Positions 53,951 through 62,859 of a stretch of DNA of 64,000 nt are shown here, piece by piece. The notes under the pieces are model-generated. The model was not told the DNA's origin and did no database searches. It saw only the letters and a list, made by a program, of their open reading frames with translations. The DNA is from a plasmid. Position 1 is the first letter of the stretch. Each line of letters begins with the position of its first letter. The position numbers were made by a program, and so were the translations under genes. The DNA lies in the sequence record NZ_CP023785.1; one strand, given 5' to 3'.

Positions 53951-54562
53951 TTAAATCGTTTCCCATGAAAAGCTTTCGGCTTCACGTTTATTTGCTTGGT
54001 GCGCATGTTGCAATTGACTAGTGATTGTGACAAAGAGTAAGAAATCTTTGAATAGTTCACGTAATTTTGCGACTTGTTCTTCATCAATGAGTCGTCCTTG
54101 CTCATCAAAGGCTTGGAGTGAATGACCCAATAAAAATTCTGAGCTTGGCATAATTCGTGCCTTTAACTCTGGTGAATCCAATATTTGGCGCAAATGTGCT
54201 TGTGCGCGTGAAGAACCTAACGTGCCATAAGACGCTCCGGTAATCATCACTGGTTTATCCACAAACGGAAAAATACCATATGAAAGCCAATTTAATGCGT
54301 TAATCAATGAAGCAGGAACCGCATGGTCATACTCTGGTGTGCTGATGATTACGCCATCTGCTTGTTCAATTTTTCCAGCAATTTCTTTAACAACATTTGG
54401 TAGTTCTGTGTTTTCAGGTTTGTTAAATAGTGGCAGCTCCTTGATTTCGACAATTTCGATTTCTGCCTCATTTACAAAATAATTTTTCATAAACTGTAAT
54501 AATTCACGGTTTGTTGACCGCGTTGAATTTGTTCCTACTAATCCAATAAATTTCATCTTCAT
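53951..54562 (-). CDS. NADPH-dependent FMN reductase-family protein (203 aa)
   Basis: paralog of N-terminal domain of preceding gene. Confidence 0.7.
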   Translation of the reverse strand: MKMKFIGLVGTNSTRSTNRELLQFMKNYFVNEAEIEIVEIKELPLFNKPENTELPNVVKEIAGKIEQADGVIISTPEYDHAVPASLINALNWLSYGIFPFVDKPVMITGASYGTLGSSRAQAHLRQILDSPELKARIMPSSEFLLGHSLQAFDEQGRLIDEEQVAKLRELFKDFLLFVTITSQLQHAHQANKREAESFSWETI

Positions 54563-54604
54563 TCTCTTTCCTTTCTAACATCGATTTCTGACTGTTCGCA
54601 CGTA

Positions 54605-55537
54605 CTAAATTTTTTCAAATCCTTTTGTATACAAGAATTGATTCTCTTTTGTTACAACTGCTCCCTCGATACCCGGCTGTTCTTCAAGCGCTTTCAACAC
54701 TTCTAAAGAAGATGCTCCAAATAAACGTGTAGTCCAGATTTCTCCATCTACAGAAGAATCAGACAAAATCGTCAGGCTTGCTACGTCATTTTTAACTGGA
54801 AAGCCAGTTTTCGGATCAATGATGTGATGATACACTGACGAACCATTTTGTAGATAACGTTCGTAGATTCCAGAGGTAACTAAAGATTGGTTGCTTAGTT
54901 TAACCACCGCAAGCGACTCTTCACGTGAACCTTTAGGATTTCGCAAACCAATACGCCAAGCACCATCCGAACGTCTTGGTGATTCACCAAAAACAACGAT
55001 ATTTCCTCCTAAGTTAACTAAAGCAAACGCTGCATTTCGCTCTCGGCAATGTGTAATTAATTTATCTGCAATGTAACCTTTTGCTAACGCCCCCAAGTCA
55101 ATCATCATTCCTGGTTTGGTTAAAAAAACGGTTTTCATTTTTTCATCTAATTGAATTTGGTGTGGATCCGTTAGCAGAAGTAACTCAGTTATCTCTGCTT
55201 TTGTTGGAACCAATGCATCTTCAAATCCAATGTGCCATTTTTGTACAACCGGACCAATAGCAATATTCAGATAACTATTTCTTGCACAACTATGTGCTTT
55301 TCCTAATTTGATGAGCTCAAAAAGTTCAGGATGTACAATCACAGCTTGTCGTCCAGCAGCTTGATTGATGGCCATTAATTCAGAAGTTGCATCATGTGCG
55401 CTGAAGCGATGTTCATAAACGTGCAACCATTCGCCTAACTCTGCTAGTAATCGACTAGGCTCTTCATGCCCAACTTGTAATGTAATTGTTGTCCCCATCA
55501 TTTGCCAGATTTTCGTTTCTTCGATCACCTGATTCAT
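54605..55537 (-). CDS. apbE: FAD:protein FMN transferase
   Basis: 310 aa ApbE family sequence. Confidence 0.75.
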   Translation of the reverse strand: MNQVIEETKIWQMMGTTITLQVGHEEPSRLLAELGEWLHVYEHRFSAHDATSELMAINQAAGRQAVIVHPELFELIKLGKAHSCARNSYLNIAIGPVVQKWHIGFEDALVPTKAEITELLLLTDPHQIQLDEKMKTVFLTKPGMMIDLGALAKGYIADKLITHCRERNAAFALVNLGGNIVVFGESPRRSDGAWRIGLRNPKGSREESLAVVKLSNQSLVTSGIYERYLQNGSSVYHHIIDPKTGFPVKNDVASLTILSDSSVDGEIWTTRLFGASSLEVLKALEEQPGIEGAVVTKENQFLYTKGFEKI

Positions 55538-55961
55538 TTTGTACCTTCTTTACTTGAACTACGGATTACATGAGTAATTAGTTTTTATTTTTGTTACTGT
55601 TTTCACAACCAGATGATACGCCTGCTAGATTTATTTGTCAACCGATTTTATATATTTTTTTATATAATAAGGTAATTTTAATATAAAATTTTATATTGTA
55701 AAAAAACAAATAAGGGAAACAAACAACACATTTTTGTGTGTTGCTTATTTCCCTCTAACTATCGTTTTCTATTTGATGGTTAACCTACTTAAAATAAATA
55801 CTGCAACGACAAACGGAGATCAAGCATGCTTTGTAACGTATTTTACGAGAATTACGACTTTATTTTATTACTCTATCTTGCTGCCATACCCGTCTATCCC
55901 TAATCATCTTTGGTGAATTTTTTCAAAGTTAGCATAACAAAAATAAGTATTTTTTCCTTCG

Positions 55962-56819
55962 TTAATCAATAGTATCATTTTTTTTCATATGATTTAATTC
56001 ATCAATTAATTTTTTGTTTTTATTAATTTTAGCAAAAGCTAGTGCATCTTGAATCAATTCGAGCACTTCTGCCTTCGACTTATTTTTAGCCTGTGCGTTC
56101 TTCGCTAATTGGGCAGCAGCTCGTGCTAAGTAATAAGTCAAATGGTTATCCGAACAAATATCGATTGCGTAATTTAGTAGTGCATCACTTGTTTCCAAAT
56201 CACCGTCTTGCGCAAAAAAAACACCACAATGAAAGACGATATTTAACACCCGCCAGATATCTTCTGTTGTACGAATCGGATACGTATAAATTTTTTCAAA
56301 CACTCGATTGAAATAAACTTCTGCTTTTTCCAACTCTTTTTCTCTAGCATAGACCATTCCAATACCTGTATATGCCAATAAACGAAACAACGTGTTGGCT
56401 GTTTCTGCCATCAACAACTGATCAAAATGGAACAACACATCCGTAATTGGTGCATTCGTAAAAATCATTTCAAATCCTTTTAGATAGTAGTAACGTGCAA
56501 TCAGCTCAGACTCGTCAATTACCTTGGGATCAATGGCTGCTAAAATCTGTGTCAATTGTTCATATTCACTCGTAATCAGTGAAAACTCTGCTTTTTCTAG
56601 CTGTTCATCAAGTTGTGTATTGATCACGTTCATCGAAGAAAAAAGTTCAACTAACGGAAGATTGATTCGATTACATAATTTGATTAAAATTTTTAACGAA
56701 GGGACTTGACCATTGTTCTCAAATTTACTTAATGTTGCTTGTGTACAAATTCCTTCAGACACTTCTTTTTGAGATAAGTTGGCAGCCTTTCTTGCCGTAA
56801 TAAATTTTTCAATGTTCAT
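55962..56819 (-). CDS. Rgg/MutR-like (RRNPP-type) transcriptional regulator: XRE HTH + TPR-like C-terminal domain (285 aa)
   Basis: N-terminal HTH LSQKEVSEGICTQATLSKFENNGQVPS, size typical of Rgg. Confidence 0.55.
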   Translation of the reverse strand: MNIEKFITARKAANLSQKEVSEGICTQATLSKFENNGQVPSLKILIKLCNRINLPLVELFSSMNVINTQLDEQLEKAEFSLITSEYEQLTQILAAIDPKVIDESELIARYYYLKGFEMIFTNAPITDVLFHFDQLLMAETANTLFRLLAYTGIGMVYAREKELEKAEVYFNRVFEKIYTYPIRTTEDIWRVLNIVFHCGVFFAQDGDLETSDALLNYAIDICSDNHLTYYLARAAAQLAKNAQAKNKSKAEVLELIQDALAFAKINKNKKLIDELNHMKKNDTID

Positions 56820-56911
56820 TATTTTCTCTCCAATCAGACCTCACACGAAAATCATTTCTGTCTCGATTTTAGCATGTTTTCTTTGGGAATGCTTTAATTG
56901 GTTAAGATATC

Positions 56912-57720
56912 GGTTCTGTTGCAAAGTTTTAAATAAAGAATAAAATCCCTTACGGTATCTATGATTTAAGCTGGGATTCCCAATAATACCTTGATTTCAG
57001 TACAGACCGAAAACCCGAAGAGAGTGCCTTCTTTTCGGGTTTTCTTATATAATCCTCGAATGGCTTCCATGCCTTTAATCGTGGTAGAGGCAGTGCGTAA
57101 ACTTCGATAGAATTTATTGCGTCTCTTTACTGGACGATGGTCTTGTTCAATCAAATTATTCAGGTATTTAATGGTACGATGTTCTGTCCCTTGATAAAAG
57201 CCGTATTCTTTTAGTTTCTTAAAGGCACTTGTAATAGAGGGGGCTTTATCTGTGACTACAACCTTCGGTTCATCAAACTGCTTCACTAACCGCTTAAGAA
57301 AAGCATAGGCTGCTTGTGTGTCCCGTTTTTTACGTAACCAAATATCCAAGGTTAAACCATCTGCATCGATGGCTCGATACAAATAATGCCATTTTCCTTT
57401 AATTTTGATGTACGTTTCATCCATTTTCCATGAATAAAAGGATTTTTTATTTTTCTTTTTCCAAATTTGATAGAGTAGTTTGCCATATTCTTGCACCCAA
57501 CGATAAATCGTCGCATGAGAAACGTTAATGCCACGATCATATAAGATTTCTTGAACTTCACGATAGCTAAGGTTATAACGAAGATAGTAGCCCACGGCTA
57601 CAATAATCACATCCTGCTGAAATTGCTTTCCTTTAAAATGATTCATCGTCATTCCTCCTGCTATCTTTTTCTATTATTCTACCTTATTTGATAGTAGATT
57701 TAAAACTTTGCAACAGAACC
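56912..57720 (-). mobile_element. IS1216, intact
   Basis: IRs both ends. Confidence 0.95.
56966..57646 (-). CDS. IS1216 transposase
   Basis: as above. Confidence 0.95.
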   Translation of the reverse strand: MNHFKGKQFQQDVIIVAVGYYLRYNLSYREVQEILYDRGINVSHATIYRWVQEYGKLLYQIWKKKNKKSFYSWKMDETYIKIKGKWHYLYRAIDADGLTLDIWLRKKRDTQAAYAFLKRLVKQFDEPKVVVTDKAPSITSAFKKLKEYGFYQGTEHRTIKYLNNLIEQDHRPVKRRNKFYRSLRTASTTIKGMEAIRGLYKKTRKEGTLFGFSVCTEIKVLLGIPA

Positions 57721-57758
57721 ATTGTACTGGTAGAAGTTAGAGCAAAACGACGGCAGGA

Positions 57759-57947
57759 TTATTTGTCCTGACCGTCGTTTTGTTTTTCTGAAATAAACAT
57801 AGGTTCATTAGGACTATTGTAGTAATTTGGATTTAATTTAAGTTCCCCTTTGGAATTATTTTTTCCAATTACGGATAATAGCATGGGGCTAAAACCTAAT
57901 ACTCCTAGAGAAATAGAACCTAGTACCAACATAGTTTTTTTTAACAT
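57759..57947 (-). CDS. 62-aa precursor of a small secreted or membrane peptide (MLKKTMLVLGSISLGVLGFSPMLLSVIG|KNNSKGELKLNPNYYNSPNEPMFISEKQNDGQDK)
   Basis: Promoter ttgaca-N17-taaaat (about 57985-58013 on the minus strand) and RBS aagagg. The rho-independent terminator at 57748-57785 encodes the last residues. The gene sits between two IS1216 copies. Confidence 0.5.
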   Translation of the reverse strand: MLKKTMLVLGSISLGVLGFSPMLLSVIGKNNSKGELKLNPNYYNSPNEPMFISEKQNDGQDK

Positions 57948-58037
57948 AGGCTGCACCTCTTTTTTTAAAGCGCTGTCACTTGTATACACATTTTAAGTGC
58001 TGTTCTATAGTTTGTCAAATGTTTAAATTGTAAAAAT

Positions 58038-58846
58038 GGTTCTGTTGCAAAGTTTTAAATAAAGAATAAAATCCCTTACGGTATCTATGATTTAAGCTGG
58101 GATTCCCAATAATACCTTGATTTCAGTACAGACCGAAAACCCGAAGAGAGTGCCTTCTTTTCGGGTTTTCTTATATAATCCTCGAATGGCTTCCATGCCT
58201 TTAATCGTGGTAGAGGCAGTGCGTAAACTTCGATAGAATTTATTGCGTCTCTTTACTGGACGATGGTCTTGTTCAATCAAATTATTCAGGTATTTAATGG
58301 TACGATGTTCTGTCCCTTGATAAAAGCCGTATTCTTTTAGTTTCTTAAAGGCACTTGTAATAGAGGGGGCTTTATCTGTGACTACAACCTTCGGTTCATC
58401 AAACTGCTTCACTAACCGCTTAAGAAAAGCATAGGCTGCTTGTGTGTCCCGTTTTTTACGTAACCAAATATCCAAGGTTAAACCATCTGCATCGATGGCT
58501 CGATACAAATAATGCCATTTTCCTTTAATTTTGATGTACGTTTCATCCATTTTCCATGAATAAAAGGATTTTTTATTTTTCTTTTTCCAAATTTGATAGA
58601 GTAGTTTGCTATATTCTTGCACCCAACGATAAATCGTCGCATGAGAAACGTTAATGCCACGATCATATAAGATTTCTTGAACTTCACGATAGCTAAGGTT
58701 ATAACGAAGATAGTAGTCCACGGCTACAATAATCACATCCTGCTGAAATTGCTTTCCTTTAAAATGATTCATCGTCATTCCTCCTGCTATCTTTTTCTAT
58801 TATTCTACCTTATTTGATAGTAGATTTAAAACTTTGCAACAGAACC
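58038..58846 (-). mobile_element. IS1216, intact (tnp with G->D substitution at codon 20)
   Basis: IRs both ends. Confidence 0.95.
58092..58772 (-). CDS. IS1216 transposase
   Basis: as above. Confidence 0.95.
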   Translation of the reverse strand: MNHFKGKQFQQDVIIVAVDYYLRYNLSYREVQEILYDRGINVSHATIYRWVQEYSKLLYQIWKKKNKKSFYSWKMDETYIKIKGKWHYLYRAIDADGLTLDIWLRKKRDTQAAYAFLKRLVKQFDEPKVVVTDKAPSITSAFKKLKEYGFYQGTEHRTIKYLNNLIEQDHRPVKRRNKFYRSLRTASTTIKGMEAIRGLYKKTRKEGTLFGFSVCTEIKVLLGIPA

Positions 58847-58974
58847 CCCATAGATATATTGGACTTCCTCTTTTAAAACACAAAAATAAATACTACCTTA
58901 TTTAGGTAGTATTTATTAAAAGTTACGTCAATTTTGATTAAAAATATACTACTTGAACCTCTCATGAGTAAAGT

Positions 58975-59245
58975 CACGAAATTTTTGGGAATAGAGCGTA
59001 CTTGATATCTTATTTTTTCACTAATAGCAGTGTCTCTTATTCACCAAGCGATCCCCGTAGTTCCTACGGTTCTTAATTTTTCTCTAGACTAATGATTGTA
59101 TCTTTAGACCTTCGGCCATAACATGGAGCAAAATAAAAAGGTACTAAGTCTTATATATCAATCTTCGAGTAACCGACGGTTAACAACCATATCGAGCGGC
59201 ATTAATCACCCACCTGTAGAGGATGAGCGACTTTTTCCTAATTAT
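58975..59245 (-). mobile_element. miniature IS200/IS605-type derivative (PATE-like): inverted copies of the left-end (59130-59245) and right-end (58975-59085) sequences of the IS605-family element at 59970-61912, without tnpA/tnpB
   Basis: Strong alignment between the reverse complement of 58975-59085 and 61775-61870, and between the reverse complement of 59130-59245 and 59995-60120. Confidence 0.6.
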
Positions 59246-59247
59246 TG

Positions 59248-59565
59248 TTAAAAGCCTAGTTTCATTTGTTTAGATTGGAAAATACGTCCTACAAGTATCT
59301 CTTTTTTTTCATGGTCGATCCGATAAAATAAGGCATAGCTTTTGCCGATCACGATCCGATATGTTGGGATATCCATTCCATAGATTTCGGAAACTTCCTC
59401 ATGCATAGTTGGAAAATTTTTGGTTAGTTCTAAAGCCTTCTGGATCGCACCTACAAATCTTTTTATGCTGGCTGGAGAAAGAGCAAGCTCATTTTCCCAT
59501 TCTTCTATTATCGTTTCAAGGCTGGTCTGAAAACTTTTAGAATAAACTAGCGTGTACTCTTTCAT
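59248..59565 (-). CDS. RelE/ParE-superfamily toxin (105 aa)
   Basis: ParE-like N-terminus YTLVYSKSFQTSLETI, C-terminal ...YRIDHEKKEILVGRIF. Confidence 0.65.
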   Translation of the reverse strand: MKEYTLVYSKSFQTSLETIIEEWENELALSPASIKRFVGAIQKALELTKNFPTMHEEVSEIYGMDIPTYRIVIGKSYALFYRIDHEKKEILVGRIFQSKQMKLGF

Positions 59566-59820
59566 CTATTCACTCCAGCCGTATTTTCCGAAAGCTTTTA
59601 CCATTTCAATTTCTGAAACTGTTAAACCTTTCTCAAAGTCTTGGAAACTTTCTTCAATCAATTTGCGATCGTGTTCTTTTGCTATTTGAGTAGTATCTAA
59701 TATGAATAAGTTGTCTTCTTGTTTGGCTTGGATAATGTCTCCGCTTTTTAATCCAAGAGAGCTTGGAAGGATCACTCCCACGCTATTGCCGATCTTTCTA
59801 ACCTTTAGTTCTTTTCCCAT
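59566..59820 (-). CDS. AbrB/MazE-fold antitoxin (84 aa)
   Basis: KVRKIGNSVGVILPSSL swapped-hairpin motif; perfect 16-bp palindrome ttataacatgttataa at 59857-59872 upstream (operator). Confidence 0.65.
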   Translation of the reverse strand: MGKELKVRKIGNSVGVILPSSLGLKSGDIIQAKQEDNLFILDTTQIAKEHDRKLIEESFQDFEKGLTVSEIEMVKAFGKYGWSE

Positions 59821-60178
59821 GTTATCACACTCCTTTTAGTTTTTGATGAATAAATTATAACATGTTATAACAACAATTGCCAACGGTGTTTCTTAAGGGA
59901 TTCCACTCCATATTATTATTGGACAAAATAAGCCACTTAGAACGCTGAAAACATATACAAACGATATCAAAATACGAGTGAACTACTCACCATACACTTC
60001 CGTTAACATCCATTTAACAGAATTAGGCAGAAGTCGCCCATCCTCTATAGGTGGGTGATGAATGCCGTTCGGTATGAGGGTTACCGTTGGTAACTCGAAG
60101 ACCGACAACTAAGGCGTATTGCCTTTTTATTTTGTCCCATGTTACAATCAGTCTATACAAGAAATGAGTTGATATAAC

Positions 60179-60583
60179 ATGGAATTAGATACAAATAATC
60201 ATTCAGTATTTCTTCTTTATTACCACCTTGTTTTAGTAACGAAATATCGTAGACAAGTGATTGATGATGAAATATCTGATTATGCCAAAACTACTTTTGA
60301 AAGAATTTCAGAATCGTATCACATTACTTTAGTGGAGTGGAATCATGATAAAGACCACGTTCATATTATGTTCAAAGCTCAACCTAAAACAGAATTGACA
60401 AAATTCATCAATGCCTATAAAAGTGCCAGCTCAAGATTGATAAAACGTGACTTTCCAAGAGTCAAACAATTTCTTTGGAAAGAAATGTTCTGGTCTAAAA
60501 GCTTTTGTCTTCTGACAACTGGTGGCGCACCAATTGATGTGATTAAGAAGTATATCCAAAATCAAGGAAACAATCATAAATAG
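60179..60583 (+). CDS. tnpA: IS200/IS605-family Y1 transposase TnpA (134 aa)
   Basis: HuH motif HVHIMF, catalytic Tyr region. Confidence 0.85.
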   Translation: MELDTNNHSVFLLYYHLVLVTKYRRQVIDDEISDYAKTTFERISESYHITLVEWNHDKDHVHIMFKAQPKTELTKFINAYKSASSRLIKRDFPRVKQFLWKEMFWSKSFCLLTTGGAPIDVIKKYIQNQGNNHK

Positions 60584-60590
60584 AAAGTAG

Positions 60591-61748
60591 GTGAACTTTA
60601 TGGAACAACTAAAAGCATACAAATTCAGAATCTATCCAACAGAGGAACAAGAAATCTTCTTTGCCAAATCTTTTGGTTGTGTCCGTAAGGTCTACAATCT
60701 AATGCTTGATGACCGAAAAAAGGCGTATGAAGAAGTTAAAAATGATTCTTCTAAAAAAATGACTTTTCCGACACCAGCTAAATACAAGAAAGAATTTCCG
60801 TTTTTGAAAGAAATTGATAGCCTTGCTTTAGCCAATGCCCAACTTAATTTAGATAAAGCATACAAGAATTTTTTTCGGGATAAATCCGTTGGATTTCCAC
60901 GTTTCAAAAGTAAGAAAAATCCTGTTCAGAGTTATACAACGAATAATCAAAATGGTACAATTGCTTTGATTGATAGTAAATTCATCAAAGTTCCTAAATT
61001 GAAGTCATTAGTAAGAATTAAGCTTCATAGACAACCAAAAGGGATTATCAAATCTGCTACAATATCACGTCATTCTAGCGGTAAATACTATATTTCTTTG
61101 TTGTGTAAAGAAGAAATTATCGAATTACCTAAAACTAATTCCACAATTGGTATTGACTTAGGTATTATGGACTTTGCGATTCTTTCTGATGGACAAAAAA
61201 TTGATAATAATAAATTCACGTCCAAAATGGAAAAGAAACTAAAGCGTGAACAACGCAAATTGTCTAGGCGTGCTTTATTGGCTAAAAATAAAGGTACCAA
61301 TCTATTTGAAGCTAAAAATTATCAAAAACAAAAACGCAAAGTAGCTAGATTGCATGAAAAAGTAATGAATCAACGTACTGATTTTCTGAATAAGTTGAGT
61401 ACAGAAATGATCAAAAATCACGATATTATCTGTATTGAAGACTTAAACACAAAAGGTATGTTGCGAAATCATAAATTAGCTAAAAGTATTTCTGATGTTT
61501 CTTGGTCAAAGTTTGTGACTAAATTACAATACAAGGCTGACTGGTATGGACGAAAAATCATCAAAGTAGATAAATGGTTTCCGTCTAGTCAGATTTGTTC
61601 AGAGTGCGGACATAAAGATGGCAAGAAATCTCTTGAAATTCGAGAATGGACTTGTCCTGTTTGTCATACTCATCATGATCGTGATATCAATGCTAGTATC
61701 AATATTCTGACCGAAGGTCTAAGACTACATTCTATGGGATTGGCTTAG
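60591..61748 (+). CDS. tnpB: IS605-family TnpB (RuvC-like + zinc finger, RNA-guided nuclease family; 385 aa)
   Basis: C-terminal [11 protein letters not shown]...[18 protein letters not shown]. Confidence 0.85.
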   Translation: MNFMEQLKAYKFRIYPTEEQEIFFAKSFGCVRKVYNLMLDDRKKAYEEVKNDSSKKMTFPTPAKYKKEFPFLKEIDSLALANAQLNLDKAYKNFFRDKSVGFPRFKSKKNPVQSYTTNNQNGTIALIDSKFIKVPKLKSLVRIKLHRQPKGIIKSATISRHSSGKYYISLLCKEEIIELPKTNSTIGIDLGIMDFAILSDGQKIDNNKFTSKMEKKLKREQRKLSRRALLAKNKGTNLFEAKNYQKQKRKVARLHEKVMNQRTDFLNKLSTEMIKNHDIICIEDLNTKGMLRNHKLAKSISDVSWSKFVTKLQYKADWYGRKIIKVDKWFPSSQICSECGHKDGKKSLEIREWTCPVCHTHHDRDINASINILTEGLRLHSMGLA

Positions 61749-61984
61749 ATCCAATCATCAAGAACCGTAGGAACTACGGGGATAGCTTGGTAAATAAGAG
61801 ACACCGCTGTTAGTAAAGAAATACGCTATCAAGTATGCTCTATTCCCAAGAAGCTCCCACTTCAAGCGTTAAGAACCGTCAGGTTTAGCTAAGTGGTGAG
61901 TAGTTCACGTAGGTATTTTTATTATATATAGATTTAACATATGTCGGTCGGTTGATTGATATAGCTAAAGTTATAACTCAACCG

Positions 61985-62206
61985 AAGCCGATTCATCTAC
62001 ACGAATAAAGTTGCGAGTGTTCTCGGCTAATTCATAAAAATTGTTATGTGTTCCATATAGCAATACTGGAATAACTTTATTTTCTTGAATCTCATAAGCA
62101 ACTCTATACACGGTGACCGCATACTTAAATCCATTAGACCAATTACCTGATAAACCTCCAGTTTTTTGCTCTTACTTAAATGGATCAATGGCAATTTCAT
62201 CACAAA
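61985..62206 (-). pseudogene. diverged RelE-like toxin paralog (of 33670-33957) with internal stop and 5' truncation by an inverted IS605 LE-like sequence (62207-62245)
   Basis: ~75% nt identity to 33690-33870; TAA at position equivalent to Pro-Tyr; abutting cctatagaggatgagtgacttctgcctaatt. Confidence 0.55.
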
Positions 62207-62493
62207 CCTATAGAGGATGAGTGACTTCTGCCTAATTACGTTAAAAAATATTGAAAGTAACTCTATGTAGCAAAAAATATCTAGAATTTCATTTCCTCAA
62301 AACTGATCGATATTGTATCTAAAAATATATACTACCTAAAATAGGTAGTATATATTAAAATATGTGCTTTTGTTAGAAAAATCAATACATAAATTATCAT
62401 ATCTGTATATGTCATTTAGGTATTTCAGTTATGTTATAATAGTTTTGCTGTCTGCTACCCCGGCCTAATCTGGCAAGGGGAGGAGGAGATATA

Positions 62494-62613
62494 ATGAAAT
62501 ACCTTTTTGATTTTGTTTTTGCAATCAAGCCACTTGCAGATGTAGTGTGCAGTTACCTCTGCAAATGGCTTGATTGCAAAATTGCCAAAAAAGACAGTAA
62601 GCCTACCCGTTAA
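62494..62613 (+). CDS. Fst/Ldr-like type I toxin peptide (39 aa: MKYLFDFVFAIKPLADVVCSYLCKWLDCKIAKKDSKPTR)
   Basis: RBS ggaggagg 7 nt upstream, extended -10 tgttataat at 62432-62440, hydrophobic helix with Pro and ..Y..WL.. followed by charged tail; bidirectional terminator downstream. Confidence 0.55.
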   Translation: MKYLFDFVFAIKPLADVVCSYLCKWLDCKIAKKDSKPTR

Positions 62614-62632
62614 TTCTATAATATAGAAACGT

Positions 62633-62697
62633 AAAAAAAACCCCATCAGCCTGCACGCTGATGGGGTTTGGTGATATAATGAAATACCTCTTTGTTA
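62633..62697 (-). ncRNA. candidate antitoxin RNA (RNA II-like, ~65 nt) from promoter ttgcat-N16-tacaat (62704-62731, minus strand) to the shared terminator; contains the reverse complement of the direct repeat gatataatgaaatacct and is therefore complementary to the toxin translation-initiation region
   Basis: direct repeat at 62488-62504 and 62673-62689 either side of terminator; promoter read from sequence. Confidence 0.45.
62641..62664. terminator. bidirectional terminator ccccatcagc-ctgcac-gctgatgggg flanked by A8 and T-rich tracts
   Basis: 10-bp GC-rich perfect stem. Confidence 0.65.
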
Positions 62698-62859
62698 CTC
62701 ATAATTGTACCATAATTAGTCACGAATGCAACCAATAGAAAAAACTACTTAGAACGGTAGATCATCGCTAATAACAATGCATTGTCCACCAAATGGATTT
62801 TGTGAAGCATTAAATACATTGTTATTAATTGTCGCTGCTTTTAACTAGGCCTCTCCCCT

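Larger units (their letters stand above)
59970..61912 (+). mobile_element. IS605-family element (tnpA + tnpB) with complementary subterminal sequences gtgaactactcacc (59978-59991) / ggtgagtagttcac (61895-61908) and RE hairpin ccgtaggaactacgg
   Basis: boundaries estimated from terminal complementarities. Confidence 0.65.

Noticed and set aside
55734-55916. 60-aa ORF considered as possible pheromone/SHP precursor for the Rgg-like regulator
   Set aside because: No SD, far too long for an SHP, composition not peptide-like; kept only as a negative search result.
62455-62646. 63-aa minus-strand ORF
   Set aside because: Lies antisense over a much better supported plus-strand sORF with SD, promoter and terminator (Fst-like toxin).
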